Below are positions 55,685 through 64,000 of a DNA stretch of 64,000 nt, one piece after another. The DNA is from an uncultured Gammaproteobacteria bacterium (GTDB lineage Bacteria; Patescibacteriota; Patescibacteriia; Magasanikbacterales; GWA2-37-8). The stretch lies in NCBI GenBank assembly GCA_964482695.1, contig CAYZYP010000001.1, positions 68,143 through 132,142 of the forward strand, given 5' to 3'. Position numbers and translations under genes: made by a program. The notes under the pieces are model-generated. The model saw only the letters and a list, made by a program, of their open reading frames with translations. It was not told the DNA's origin and made no database searches. Position 1 is the stretch's first letter, and each line of letters begins with the position of its first letter.

Positions 55685-56440
55685 ATGAAAAATTTGATTC
55701 AAATGAAACGCAACTTAATGGATTTTTTTAGAAAAATATTTTTATTGAGCGTCGCATTAAAACCGAAAGATCCCGAGGCCTACCGTATAGGTAAATGGAG
55801 TCACGGCAGCCTGAAGCGTAAACGCTTAGATATTATTTTTCCGCATATAAAGGATATTGTAGACGAAATAAAAATTTTAAATCCGTTTGATCGTATGATA
55901 GGAACGTCATTAGATACTTTAGAGATGGTGATACTTGCAAGTATTGTAAAATATACCAATTCCAATAATATTTTAGAAATAGGAACTTATGATGGCAACA
56001 CTGCTTTAAATATCGCGGCAAATTCTTCATCTGATGCCAAAATTTTCACGGTAGATTTGCCGCTTGAATGGGATGGATTGCCAAAGATAAAAGTGCCGGA
56101 GAATTATTTCCATATACCCGATAGATCTATTACTGGACGCCAATTCAAGAATACTATTTATGAAAAAAAAATAACACAAATTTTGTGTGATTCAGCCGCG
56201 TTAGATTATGACGCCTTACCCCTTTTTGATCTCATATTTATTGACGGCTGTCATTTTTATGAATATGTAAAAAATGATACGTTCAATGCTATGAAGCATG
56301 TTAAAAAAGGAGGAAGCATAATTTGGCATGATTATGGTCAGATAAGGCATGTTTCGAAAGCCGTGGATGAAGTTAAACAGGAGATGAGTGATATATGCGC
56401 TATCTCCGGCACTAGATTTGCCGTAGGTATAAAGAAATAA
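55685..56440 (+). CDS. Class I SAM-dependent methyltransferase (Methyltransf_24/TylF-like sugar O-methyltransferase).
   Basis: 'ILEIGTYDGNTALNIAAN' and 'LIFIDGCHFYEYVKND'. Confidence 0.5.
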   Translation: MKNLIQMKRNLMDFFRKIFLLSVALKPKDPEAYRIGKWSHGSLKRKRLDIIFPHIKDIVDEIKILNPFDRMIGTSLDTLEMVILASIVKYTNSNNILEIGTYDGNTALNIAANSSSDAKIFTVDLPLEWDGLPKIKVPENYFHIPDRSITGRQFKNTIYEKKITQILCDSAALDYDALPLFDLIFIDGCHFYEYVKNDTFNAMKHVKKGGSIIWHDYGQIRHVSKAVDEVKQEMSDICAISGTRFAVGIKK

Positions 56441-56488
56441 TATATAGTAGCATCAAATCTATTATCACACGCAACTTAATCTAGATAT

Positions 56489-57190
56489 ATGAAGTCAAAA
56501 ATAAGTACAAAGATCAGGAAGAATGTGCATACAGGTCAAAATATTTCTATCGGCAATAATGTTATTGTCTACGAAGGGGTTGTTGTCAGAGATAATGTTC
56601 GGATTGATGACAACGTTATCCTTGGTAAATCGCCATTGGTATCTAAAAATTCCGCCACCACAAAAGAAAAAAAATTATCGACATTAATTATTGGTGATGG
56701 CACATTGATTGGTTCCGGAGTAACTATTTATGCTGGTGCGAAAATTGGAAACAATTGTTTGATAGCGGATAATGCCACGGTTCGTGAGGATGTTGTTGTC
56801 GGAGATAACACTATAATCGGTAGCAGGGCTTTGATAGAAAATCAAGTCGAGATAGGAAGTCGCTGTAAAATTCAATCAAATGTTCACATTGTTCCGTATT
56901 CAAAAATAGAAGATTTCGTTTTCATTGCGCCGGGCGTGCTAACCTCTAACGACGTGTATGTGGGCAGGACAAAGGAAAGATTGACGAAGTTCAAAGGGGT
57001 CCATATAAAGAAAGGCGCGCGTATTGGAGTGGGCGTGGTGCTATTGCCAGGAATCACAATTAATGAAGACGCGTTAGTTGGTGCTGGCTCTGTGGTAACA
57101 AAAGACGTTCCGGCGAGAACAGTAGTTGTGGGCGTGCCCGCGAAATATTTGAAAGATGTTCCTAATGAACAGTTATTGGAAAATCAATAG
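56489..57190 (+). CDS. Hexapeptide-repeat (left-handed beta-helix) sugar N-acetyltransferase (WbpD/PglD-like).
   Basis: Repeated [LIV]-G-x-x-x-x hexapeptides throughout ('IGDGTLIGSGVTIYAGAKIGNNCLIADNATV'). Confidence 0.7.
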   Translation: MKSKISTKIRKNVHTGQNISIGNNVIVYEGVVVRDNVRIDDNVILGKSPLVSKNSATTKEKKLSTLIIGDGTLIGSGVTIYAGAKIGNNCLIADNATVREDVVVGDNTIIGSRALIENQVEIGSRCKIQSNVHIVPYSKIEDFVFIAPGVLTSNDVYVGRTKERLTKFKGVHIKKGARIGVGVVLLPGITINEDALVGAGSVVTKDVPARTVVVGVPAKYLKDVPNEQLLENQ

Positions 57191-57206
57191 ATTGAATTTA
57201 GTTTTT

Positions 57207-58304
57207 ATGCAAACTATTCCCTTTATCGATCTGAAAAAGCAGTATCAGAATCTAAAATCAGAGATCACACCTAGAGTTGAGAAAGTTCTTGAAGAGAGCT
57301 CTTTTATTTTGGGAGAGGTAGTGGAAAATTTTGAAAAAAATGTTTCTGATTATTTAGGCCAAAAATCTTTAGGCTGCGCTTCTGGTAGCGATGCTTTGCT
57401 GTTGTCTTTGATGGCTATTGGAATTAAGATGGGTGATGAGGTGATTACCACACCCTTTACCTTTTTTGCCACCGCTGGCGCTGTCGCGCGTTTGGGAGTC
57501 AAGCCGGTATTTGTGGATATAAATGAAAATGATTTTAATATTGATGTTTCTAAAATAGAAGCAGTTATAACCAAAAAAACCAAAGCAATTTTGATTGTTC
57601 ATCTTTTTGGCCAGGCAGTTGACATGGATAGCATTATGTCATTGGCTAAAAAACATAATTTAAAAGTAATAGAAGACGCCTGTCAGGCATTTGGCGCGGA
57701 GTATAAAGGTAAAAAAGTTGGCACGATAGGTGATTTTGGCTGTTTTTCTTTTTTCCCTACCAAAAATTTAGGCGGTGCTGGCGATGGTGGTTTGATTACT
57801 TGTAAGTCATTAATTGATTATGAATTAATTAAAAAGTTGCGAGTTCATGGTTCTAAAAATAAATATTTTCATGAATATATTGGTATAAATTCTCGTTTGG
57901 ACGCCATTCAGGCGGCTATTCTAGATGTAAAATTAGCGTATGTTGATAATTGGAATGAGAAAAGAAGGGAAATAGCCAGTAAATATTCAAAAGAATTAAG
58001 CGATTTTGTGCGAACACCCCAGAGAAATGATTATGCAAAACATATTTATCATCAGTACGCGGTTTTAACAGACAGACGAGACGAATCATTGTCTCGTTTA
58101 CAGGAAAATGGCGTGGCTGCCGGTGTTTATTATCCACTGCCACTGCACTTGCAGGATTGTTTTAAATATCTGAATTACGCGCAAGGAGATTTTCCTATTA
58201 CCGAAGAGGTGAGCAAACAAATTTTAAGTTTGCCAATTTACCCAGAAATGACAGGCGCGCAGATAGATTACGTAATAAAATCCATGAAGTCATTTTTTGT
58301 ATGA
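57207..58304 (+). CDS. DegT/DnrJ/EryC1/StrS-family PLP-dependent sugar aminotransferase, second copy.
   Basis: 'CASGSDALLLSL', 'DACQAFGA' and the lysine in 'FSFFPTKNLGGAGDGGLI'. The start is set at the ATG at 57207. Confidence 0.8.
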   Translation: MQTIPFIDLKKQYQNLKSEITPRVEKVLEESSFILGEVVENFEKNVSDYLGQKSLGCASGSDALLLSLMAIGIKMGDEVITTPFTFFATAGAVARLGVKPVFVDINENDFNIDVSKIEAVITKKTKAILIVHLFGQAVDMDSIMSLAKKHNLKVIEDACQAFGAEYKGKKVGTIGDFGCFSFFPTKNLGGAGDGGLITCKSLIDYELIKKLRVHGSKNKYFHEYIGINSRLDAIQAAILDVKLAYVDNWNEKRREIASKYSKELSDFVRTPQRNDYAKHIYHQYAVLTDRRDESLSRLQENGVAAGVYYPLPLHLQDCFKYLNYAQGDFPITEEVSKQILSLPIYPEMTGAQIDYVIKSMKSFFV

Positions 58305-60472
58305 AACAAATTTATTTTCTTTCCGCCTTTTTCCCTTCTTTTGCTGGCGGAGCGGAAAAATCTATTTTAGAGGAGTTTAAATTATATACAACAAAAGGTT
58401 ATGGAATAACTGGTTTAACTTTTGATAATTTGTTTAAAAGCAATTCTTACGACTTTGGCTGTATTCAAGGTAAAAATTTTCATTTATCTTTTTCTTTTTT
58501 GCTTCGCCATTCTCGCTTGGCTTATTTATTTTTTAATCGTTCGCGAGTTAATAGAATTTTAGAAAAAGAAAAGCAAAATATTAAACAGGCGGAGTTTGTT
58601 ATTTTACAAGGACTATACACGCCGTATATTGCTAAATGGTGTTTTAATAACGGTATTAAATACCATTATTATTTAAGAGACGGAGCTAGTATCAACTTTT
58701 TTTTAAATCAGGCGCGTGGGCTTAGACGACTGCGTAAGTACTTAAAGTTATTCATAGAGATGCCTTTTATAATTGATTTTCGCGTTGGCAATAGGAATGC
58801 CTTAAAAAGAGCATCTAAAATTATAGCTAACTCTGATAAAATGGCTGAACTATTATTCCAACGTTTTGACTTAAAGGCAACCGAAGTGGTTTATCCGAAG
58901 GTTTGCATTAATAAAATAACAAATTTTGTTTTAGACTCGGCTAAACAGGAATTTATTACGTTGATTGGAGGCAGAGACTCAGACAAGGCGTATGAAATTT
59001 TTCTTCGCACTGCCAAAAAAATGCCAGAGCATGAATTTATGGTCGTTGAAAAAAGAAATGGTTCGTATAAAAAAGGAAACATTACCTTTGCTCCGAGGCA
59101 GGATGACGTTCGAAAGATATATGAAAAAACAAAGGTGGCTATTAGTATCTCCAGATGGAATAACGCATTTTCTGGACGAGTAGGCATGGAGGCTGGACGT
59201 CTGGGTATACCTGTTATCTCTAGCTCGTCGATTCCAGACGCTCAAGTCGATAGCCGGAAAATTTATATTTTGAAAGACATTGATGATGTGGATGAATGGA
59301 TTGAGGCGATCAGATCATTTGAGACAAAAAGAGGTATTTTTATTTTTAATTCCGATTTTGGAGTTAGAAATACTATTGGGGCAAGGGCTCATCAAATTTG
59401 GAAAAGATTGACTTATAAAAACGGTGTGAACGTTTTTTGTCGAAATTACCGTAGAAGCACTTTGCCGAGCTCGCTTGTAAAAAAGGTTGTACCAGGGGGA
59501 GCCGTTTTAATGAAATTTATCAACGCGCTCCATATTTATTTTCCATTGGTCAATAGAATTGACCTTAATAAATTAAAGGTTGATATTTTCCAATATTTCC
59601 TTTTAAAGAAATTGAAAAAAGTAAATTTACGGAACATTGATTTTGTCCATTCTTGGGATTTTTTGCCAAAAACATATGCTTGGCTGAAAAAAAATAATCC
59701 ACAAATTAAAATTTTTCAAGATGTGCCAATGGCGTTTAGTTCTATTTTGGAGCGTGTTTTAAAAACAGAAGAAGTTTATGACAAAATAGATCTATCTATT
59801 CCCGCTTACATAAAAGAAACGTTTAAATATGTAGATAAATATATTGTACCGTCTGCCTTTGTTAAAGATTCTTTGTTAAATGAAAACATTGATCAAAATA
59901 AAATTGCGGTAGTTCCTTTTGGCGTTGACGCCACTGTCTTTCAACCAAAAGAAAAAGTTCAAGACGAAATTTTCCGCGTTGCTTTTTCTGGGGCAGTAAA
60001 TAATCGTAAAGGGGCAAGTTATCTTGTAGAGGCATGGAAACAACTTAAATTAGAAAAAGCGGAATTACATTTATATGGCAGAGTTTACCCCGAAGCTTTT
60101 GCGTATTTGTCGGAATTAAAAGAAAATAGTATTTTTATTCATGGTTTTGTAAATATTGTAGAGGAATTGCCCAAAAACGACATTTTCGTCTTTCCGTCTC
60201 TACTAGAAGGCTCTTCCAAAGCTGTTTACGAGGCCTTGGCCTGTGGTTTGCCGGTTGTTACCACTTATAACGCCGGATCTATTATTAAAGACGGCGTAGA
60301 GGGTTTTATTGTGCCTACTCAAGACGTTAATTCGCTTAAAAATAAGATATTATTTTTTTATCAGAATAGAGAAGCGGTTATGGAATTTGGGCAACGAGCT
60401 CGCAAATTAGCATTGGAATATAGTTGGCAAAAATATGGCAAGCAAGTGGCTAAAGAGTATATAAATCTATGA
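58301..60472 (+). CDS. Two-domain glycosyltransferase. The C-terminal half is GT4 (glycosyl transferase group 1). The N-terminal half is GT4-like.
   Basis: C-terminal half has 'FSGAVNNRKGASYLVEAW' and 'FPSLLEGSSKAVYEALACGLPVVTT'. N-terminal half has 'ISISRWNNAFSGRVGMEAGRLGIPVISS'. Confidence 0.65.
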   Translation: MKQIYFLSAFFPSFAGGAEKSILEEFKLYTTKGYGITGLTFDNLFKSNSYDFGCIQGKNFHLSFSFLLRHSRLAYLFFNRSRVNRILEKEKQNIKQAEFVILQGLYTPYIAKWCFNNGIKYHYYLRDGASINFFLNQARGLRRLRKYLKLFIEMPFIIDFRVGNRNALKRASKIIANSDKMAELLFQRFDLKATEVVYPKVCINKITNFVLDSAKQEFITLIGGRDSDKAYEIFLRTAKKMPEHEFMVVEKRNGSYKKGNITFAPRQDDVRKIYEKTKVAISISRWNNAFSGRVGMEAGRLGIPVISSSSIPDAQVDSRKIYILKDIDDVDEWIEAIRSFETKRGIFIFNSDFGVRNTIGARAHQIWKRLTYKNGVNVFCRNYRRSTLPSSLVKKVVPGGAVLMKFINALHIYFPLVNRIDLNKLKVDIFQYFLLKKLKKVNLRNIDFVHSWDFLPKTYAWLKKNNPQIKIFQDVPMAFSSILERVLKTEEVYDKIDLSIPAYIKETFKYVDKYIVPSAFVKDSLLNENIDQNKIAVVPFGVDATVFQPKEKVQDEIFRVAFSGAVNNRKGASYLVEAWKQLKLEKAELHLYGRVYPEAFAYLSELKENSIFIHGFVNIVEELPKNDIFVFPSLLEGSSKAVYEALACGLPVVTTYNAGSIIKDGVEGFIVPTQDVNSLKNKILFFYQNREAVMEFGQRARKLALEYSWQKYGKQVAKEYINL

Positions 60473-61545
60473 AACTAGCTTATATCACCAACATTAAAAC
60501 ACCAGCCGGAGACGCACAGTCTATTCAGGTGCAAGCAATGAGCCGTACCTTTTTTAAAGTGTTGGGCGATGATTTTTTGTTTATTTCTCCGTTAGATGAA
60601 AAAAATAAAGAATTTAGAAGCGCGTACCAGTGGGTAAAAATTAAATCTCCTTTTTCCGAACGTCGGTCCATAAGATATTTTTGGCTGACTCTTTTATCTT
60701 GGAAAATGGTAAGAAAATTTAAGCCAGATTATATTTATAGCCGGGATATTGGAGTTATCTTTTTTTATCATTTATTAGGTTGCAAGGTAATTTACGAAAT
60801 TCACAAACCATTTGAAACTAAGATAGGTTATAGATTATTTTCATTTTTAGCTTCAAAAATAAAGGTAGTAGCCATTTCGCAAGCTTTAAGTAATTTTGTG
60901 ATAGAGAAATATAAAATAAAGTCGGATAAAATTTTGGTGGCTCATGACGGGGTATTTTTGGAGGATTTTATAAATTTAAATAAACAAAAATGTCGTCAAG
61001 AACTTTTATTAGAAACTAATTTACCACTGCCTGCCTTTGTTGTTTTATATAGCGGCAACTTATACATTGGTAAAGGATTAGAAATAATAATAAATACAGC
61101 CAAGCAATTACCGGAAATATTTTTTGTTATTGTTGGCACTGTGGCAGATAAGGTTAACCATGATATCCCCAAAAATATAATATTTTTAGGGCGTAAGACA
61201 AGTAAACAAATCCCAACTTATTTAGCAGGCGCGAACTTGCTTATTTTACCATTTACAAAAAATTTAAAAACATGGCAATATCATTCGGCTTTAAAAATGT
61301 TTGAATACATGGCTTCTAAAACACCTATTCTAGCCTCTGGCATAGGTTCTGTACTTGAAATTTATAACACAGAAAATGCTTACTTATTTTCCCCAGACTT
61401 AAAAGAAGACAGTGTGATAAAAATCAAAGAAATCAAAGAAAATTATAAAAAAGCGCGAGAAAAAGCCGATCTGGCATTTTCGCAAGTTAAGCAGTATACT
61501 TGGTGTGGCCGCGCTGATAATATTTTAAATTTTTTAAAAAAGTAA
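60469..61545 (+). CDS. Glycosyltransferase family 4.
   Basis: 'LYSGNLYIGKGLEIII' and 'LKMFEYMASKTPILASGIGSVLEI' (E-x7-E-like region). Confidence 0.65.
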   Translation: MKLAYITNIKTPAGDAQSIQVQAMSRTFFKVLGDDFLFISPLDEKNKEFRSAYQWVKIKSPFSERRSIRYFWLTLLSWKMVRKFKPDYIYSRDIGVIFFYHLLGCKVIYEIHKPFETKIGYRLFSFLASKIKVVAISQALSNFVIEKYKIKSDKILVAHDGVFLEDFINLNKQKCRQELLLETNLPLPAFVVLYSGNLYIGKGLEIIINTAKQLPEIFFVIVGTVADKVNHDIPKNIIFLGRKTSKQIPTYLAGANLLILPFTKNLKTWQYHSALKMFEYMASKTPILASGIGSVLEIYNTENAYLFSPDLKEDSVIKIKEIKENYKKAREKADLAFSQVKQYTWCGRADNILNFLKK

Positions 61546-61551
61546 AGTAAT

Positions 61552-63465
61552 ATGTGCGGTATTGTTGGTGGTATCAGCAAAACAATTAAAAAAGATGAGA
61601 TTGAAAAAATAGTTTCTAGCTTAAAGCATCGCGGGCCAGATGGTAGCGGCAGTTTTTATAATAAAGAAAATAATATTTTTTTAGGCCACACTAGGCTATC
61701 TATTATAGATTTATCGTCTAGAGGCAGTCAGCCAATGAAGAGCGTTAAAGAAGGCGGCGAGACGTGGATTAGTTTTAATGGCGAAATATATAATTATAAA
61801 GAGATAAAGGAAGATTTGTCTTTGAAAGGTTATGTTTTTACTAGTGATTCTGATACTGAAGTAGTTTTAAAATCATACATAGAATGGGGGGTAGAATGTG
61901 TCAAAAAATTTCGCGGCATGTTTGCTTTTGCTATTTGGGATGATAGAAAAAAGAAATTATTTTTGTTTCGCGACCGTTTTGGCGTTAAGCCTTTGTATTA
62001 TTATAAAAACGAAGCGTCTTTTGTCTTTGCTTCAGAATTAAAGGCAATTTACAGTTTTCCCGGTTACCAGAAAGAATTAAATTATTTAGCTTTAGGTCAA
62101 TATTTACAGTTTGGCTATATACCGGCGCCACTAACTATTTTTAAAAATACCTTTAAAATAAAGCCAGGGAGTTATTTAGAGGTTGATTTAGCAGGTAATT
62201 ATAAGGAATATAATTATTGGCAGCCAATGGATAGTATTAAAGAAAGGAATATAAAAGACAAAACAGTAGACGAAATAACTATTGAGCTGGAGAAAATTTT
62301 AGAAACCAGTTTTCAATATCGCATGGTAGCAGATGTTGATGTTGGTATTTTTTTGAGCAGTGGCGTTGATTCTTCTTTGGTAGCGGCTTTATTACAGAAA
62401 GATAACAACAAAAAGATAAAAACTTTTACCATTGGTTTTAAGGAAAAGGAATATAACGAAGCAGAAATTGCTAAAAAAATAGCTAATAATCTTGGTACCG
62501 ACCACCATGAGTATTATCTTTCGGCTAATGATGTTAAAGATTCACTAAATGAATACGTAGAAATTTTTGATGAGCCGTTTGGCGATAGTTCGGCTTTGGT
62601 CACCTATTTGCTAGCTAAAAATACCAGACAACAAGTAAAAGTGGCTTTGTCTGGCGATGGCGGCGATGAATTATTCGCTGGTTATAGCAAATACGAAGCG
62701 TTAGATTTTATTAAACATCGCAGCCGAGTTGGCCGTATTTCAGCTTTTTCATTACTATATTTCAGTCCAATAATTATTGATTCTATTTATAAAAATTTGG
62801 CCCCATTATTTGGTTTGCCAAAATATACTAATTTTAGAGAAAAAATAAATAAGTTGAGGAATGTTTTATCAGCTAGGAATTTTTCAGAAATGTTTACAAA
62901 CAGCAGTTCTTATCATCTGCCAAACGAAATTACAAGTTTATTGTCTAATAGCAATAATATAATTAGCCAAGAAAATTTTGTATCGCAGATTGTTGATCCT
63001 CGCGAACAAATGCAGGTATGGGATTTACAGCAATACTTGCCAGATGATATTTTGGTTAAAACCGACAGAACAACAATGGCAGTTGGCCTAGAAGCCCGCG
63101 AGCCATTTTTAGATCAATCAATTTGGAATTTTATTACAGAATTGCCATTAGAAATACGTTATAAAAATATCGGCTCTAAATATTTATTAAAGAAAATTTT
63201 GGCTAAGTATTTGCCAGAAGAATTATTAGACAGACCAAAAACAGGTTTTAAACCGCCAATATATGAATGGTTAAAAAGAGATTGGGCTGATTTAATAGAT
63301 AAATATTTATCAGTAGATTATATTAAAAAACAAAATATATTTAATATAGATTATATACAAATTTTAGTAACGCGCTGGCAAAAGGGTAAATATGTTAATC
63401 CGGATAAATTGTGGCTACTTATAGCTTTTCAATTATGGTATGAGAGGTGGTTGAGGATTGGTTAA
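61552..63465 (+). CDS. Asparagine synthase (glutamine-hydrolysing)-family amidotransferase (AsnB/WbpS-like).
   Basis: N-terminal nucleophile 'MCGIVGG' and PP-loop 'SGGVDSS'. The length is 637 aa. Confidence 0.8.
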   Translation: MCGIVGGISKTIKKDEIEKIVSSLKHRGPDGSGSFYNKENNIFLGHTRLSIIDLSSRGSQPMKSVKEGGETWISFNGEIYNYKEIKEDLSLKGYVFTSDSDTEVVLKSYIEWGVECVKKFRGMFAFAIWDDRKKKLFLFRDRFGVKPLYYYKNEASFVFASELKAIYSFPGYQKELNYLALGQYLQFGYIPAPLTIFKNTFKIKPGSYLEVDLAGNYKEYNYWQPMDSIKERNIKDKTVDEITIELEKILETSFQYRMVADVDVGIFLSSGVDSSLVAALLQKDNNKKIKTFTIGFKEKEYNEAEIAKKIANNLGTDHHEYYLSANDVKDSLNEYVEIFDEPFGDSSALVTYLLAKNTRQQVKVALSGDGGDELFAGYSKYEALDFIKHRSRVGRISAFSLLYFSPIIIDSIYKNLAPLFGLPKYTNFREKINKLRNVLSARNFSEMFTNSSSYHLPNEITSLLSNSNNIISQENFVSQIVDPREQMQVWDLQQYLPDDILVKTDRTTMAVGLEAREPFLDQSIWNFITELPLEIRYKNIGSKYLLKKILAKYLPEELLDRPKTGFKPPIYEWLKRDWADLIDKYLSVDYIKKQNIFNIDYIQILVTRWQKGKYVNPDKLWLLIAFQLWYERWLRIG

Positions 63466-63632
63466 TAATTAATTTTATTTTCGAGCGTAGCGAGTGAAGA
63501 GAAAAATATAAATATTTTTCTCTTCCGAGCAAGCGAAGATAAATACACCGCGGCTTGCCGCTATGCATATGCGAGCGAAAGCGAGCTTGGGTGCAGGGCT
63601 TGCCCTGCGGATTAATACCATTTATTTTAGTT

Positions 63633-64000
63633 ATGTTAAAAAGTTTAGTAAAAAATTTAAAATTAACACTATTATTGTGCTGCGTGGTATTTAGACGTGT
63701 AGTTTACGGTAAGGCCACCAGGAGTGTTGGCGTGCCGCGTAAGATTGTTATAGCTCAATTTTCTAAATTGGGAGATATGGTGTGCACTACCCCCATGTTC
63801 AGAGCAGTTAAAGAACATTTTCCAGAAGTTAAGTTGTATGTTATCGGCAATGCCACTAACAAGTTTATTCTAGATGAAAATAAAGATGTAGATCACTATT
63901 TTATTTATAATCATAATTTTTTTAGATTATTATTAAAATTAAAAACAGAACAGGCCGATTTTGCCTGCATGTGTGCGCCGAATTTTATCGGCTTGGCATT
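63633..64000 (+). CDS. Glycosyltransferase family 9 (heptosyltransferase-like), 3'-partial at the window end.
   Basis: 'KIVIAQFSKLGDMVCTTPMFRAVKEHFPEVKLYVIGN' is the GT9 N-terminal motif. The ORF runs off the window. Confidence 0.55.
   Translation, partial: MLKSLVKNLKLTLLLCCVVFRRVVYGKATRSVGVPRKIVIAQFSKLGDMVCTTPMFRAVKEHFPEVKLYVIGNATNKFILDENKDVDHYFIYNHNFFRLLLKLKTEQADFACMCAPNFIGLA

Noticed and set aside
1-64000. Search for rRNA genes, transposases/integrases, prophage genes and CRISPR-cas.
   Set aside because: None recognised. The only RNA gene found by inspection is one tRNA-Leu. The mobile-looking DNA consists of non-autonomous palindromic elements only.

Overview
AT-rich (~33% GC), almost fully co-directional window. 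It looks like a small-genome Patescibacteria/CPR-like bacterium, inferred from composition and gene content only. The first ~35 kb is housekeeping. It holds lower glycolysis (gap, pgk, eno and two tandem gpmI paralogs) and four aminoacyl-tRNA synthetases (aspS, valS, tyrS, argS). It also holds scpAB and cell-wall genes (a DacA-like carboxypeptidase, PBP2/FtsI, murF), plus gpsA, ndk, a tRNA-Leu(GAG) and several secreted or surface proteins. From ~39.4 kb to the window end is a large cell-surface glycan biosynthesis locus, about 25 kb. It encodes an O-antigen-ligase-like/TPR protein, a split ADP-heptose pathway and two GT9 heptosyltransferases. It also encodes a HAD-UbiA fusion, a GT-C-like membrane protein, a Gfo/Idh/MocA oxidoreductase, two DegT aminotransferases, a hexapeptide acetyltransferase, WbqC, methyltransferases, GT4 glycosyltransferases and an AsnB-like amidotransferase. 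Three things stand out. First, a family of ~85-105 bp nested-palindromic elements is inserted in frame into coding sequences (twice in argS, once in a membrane protein), with one intergenic copy. This resembles Rickettsia palindromic elements. Second, a second family of long nested-hairpin palindromes sits at gene 3' ends. Third, a ~1.4 kb GC-rich (~60% GC) island just after a MazEF-like toxin-antitoxin pair carries an acyl-ACP-reductase-like (COG5322) oxidoreductase gene foreign to the local composition. No rRNA, CRISPR array, transposase or integrase was seen.
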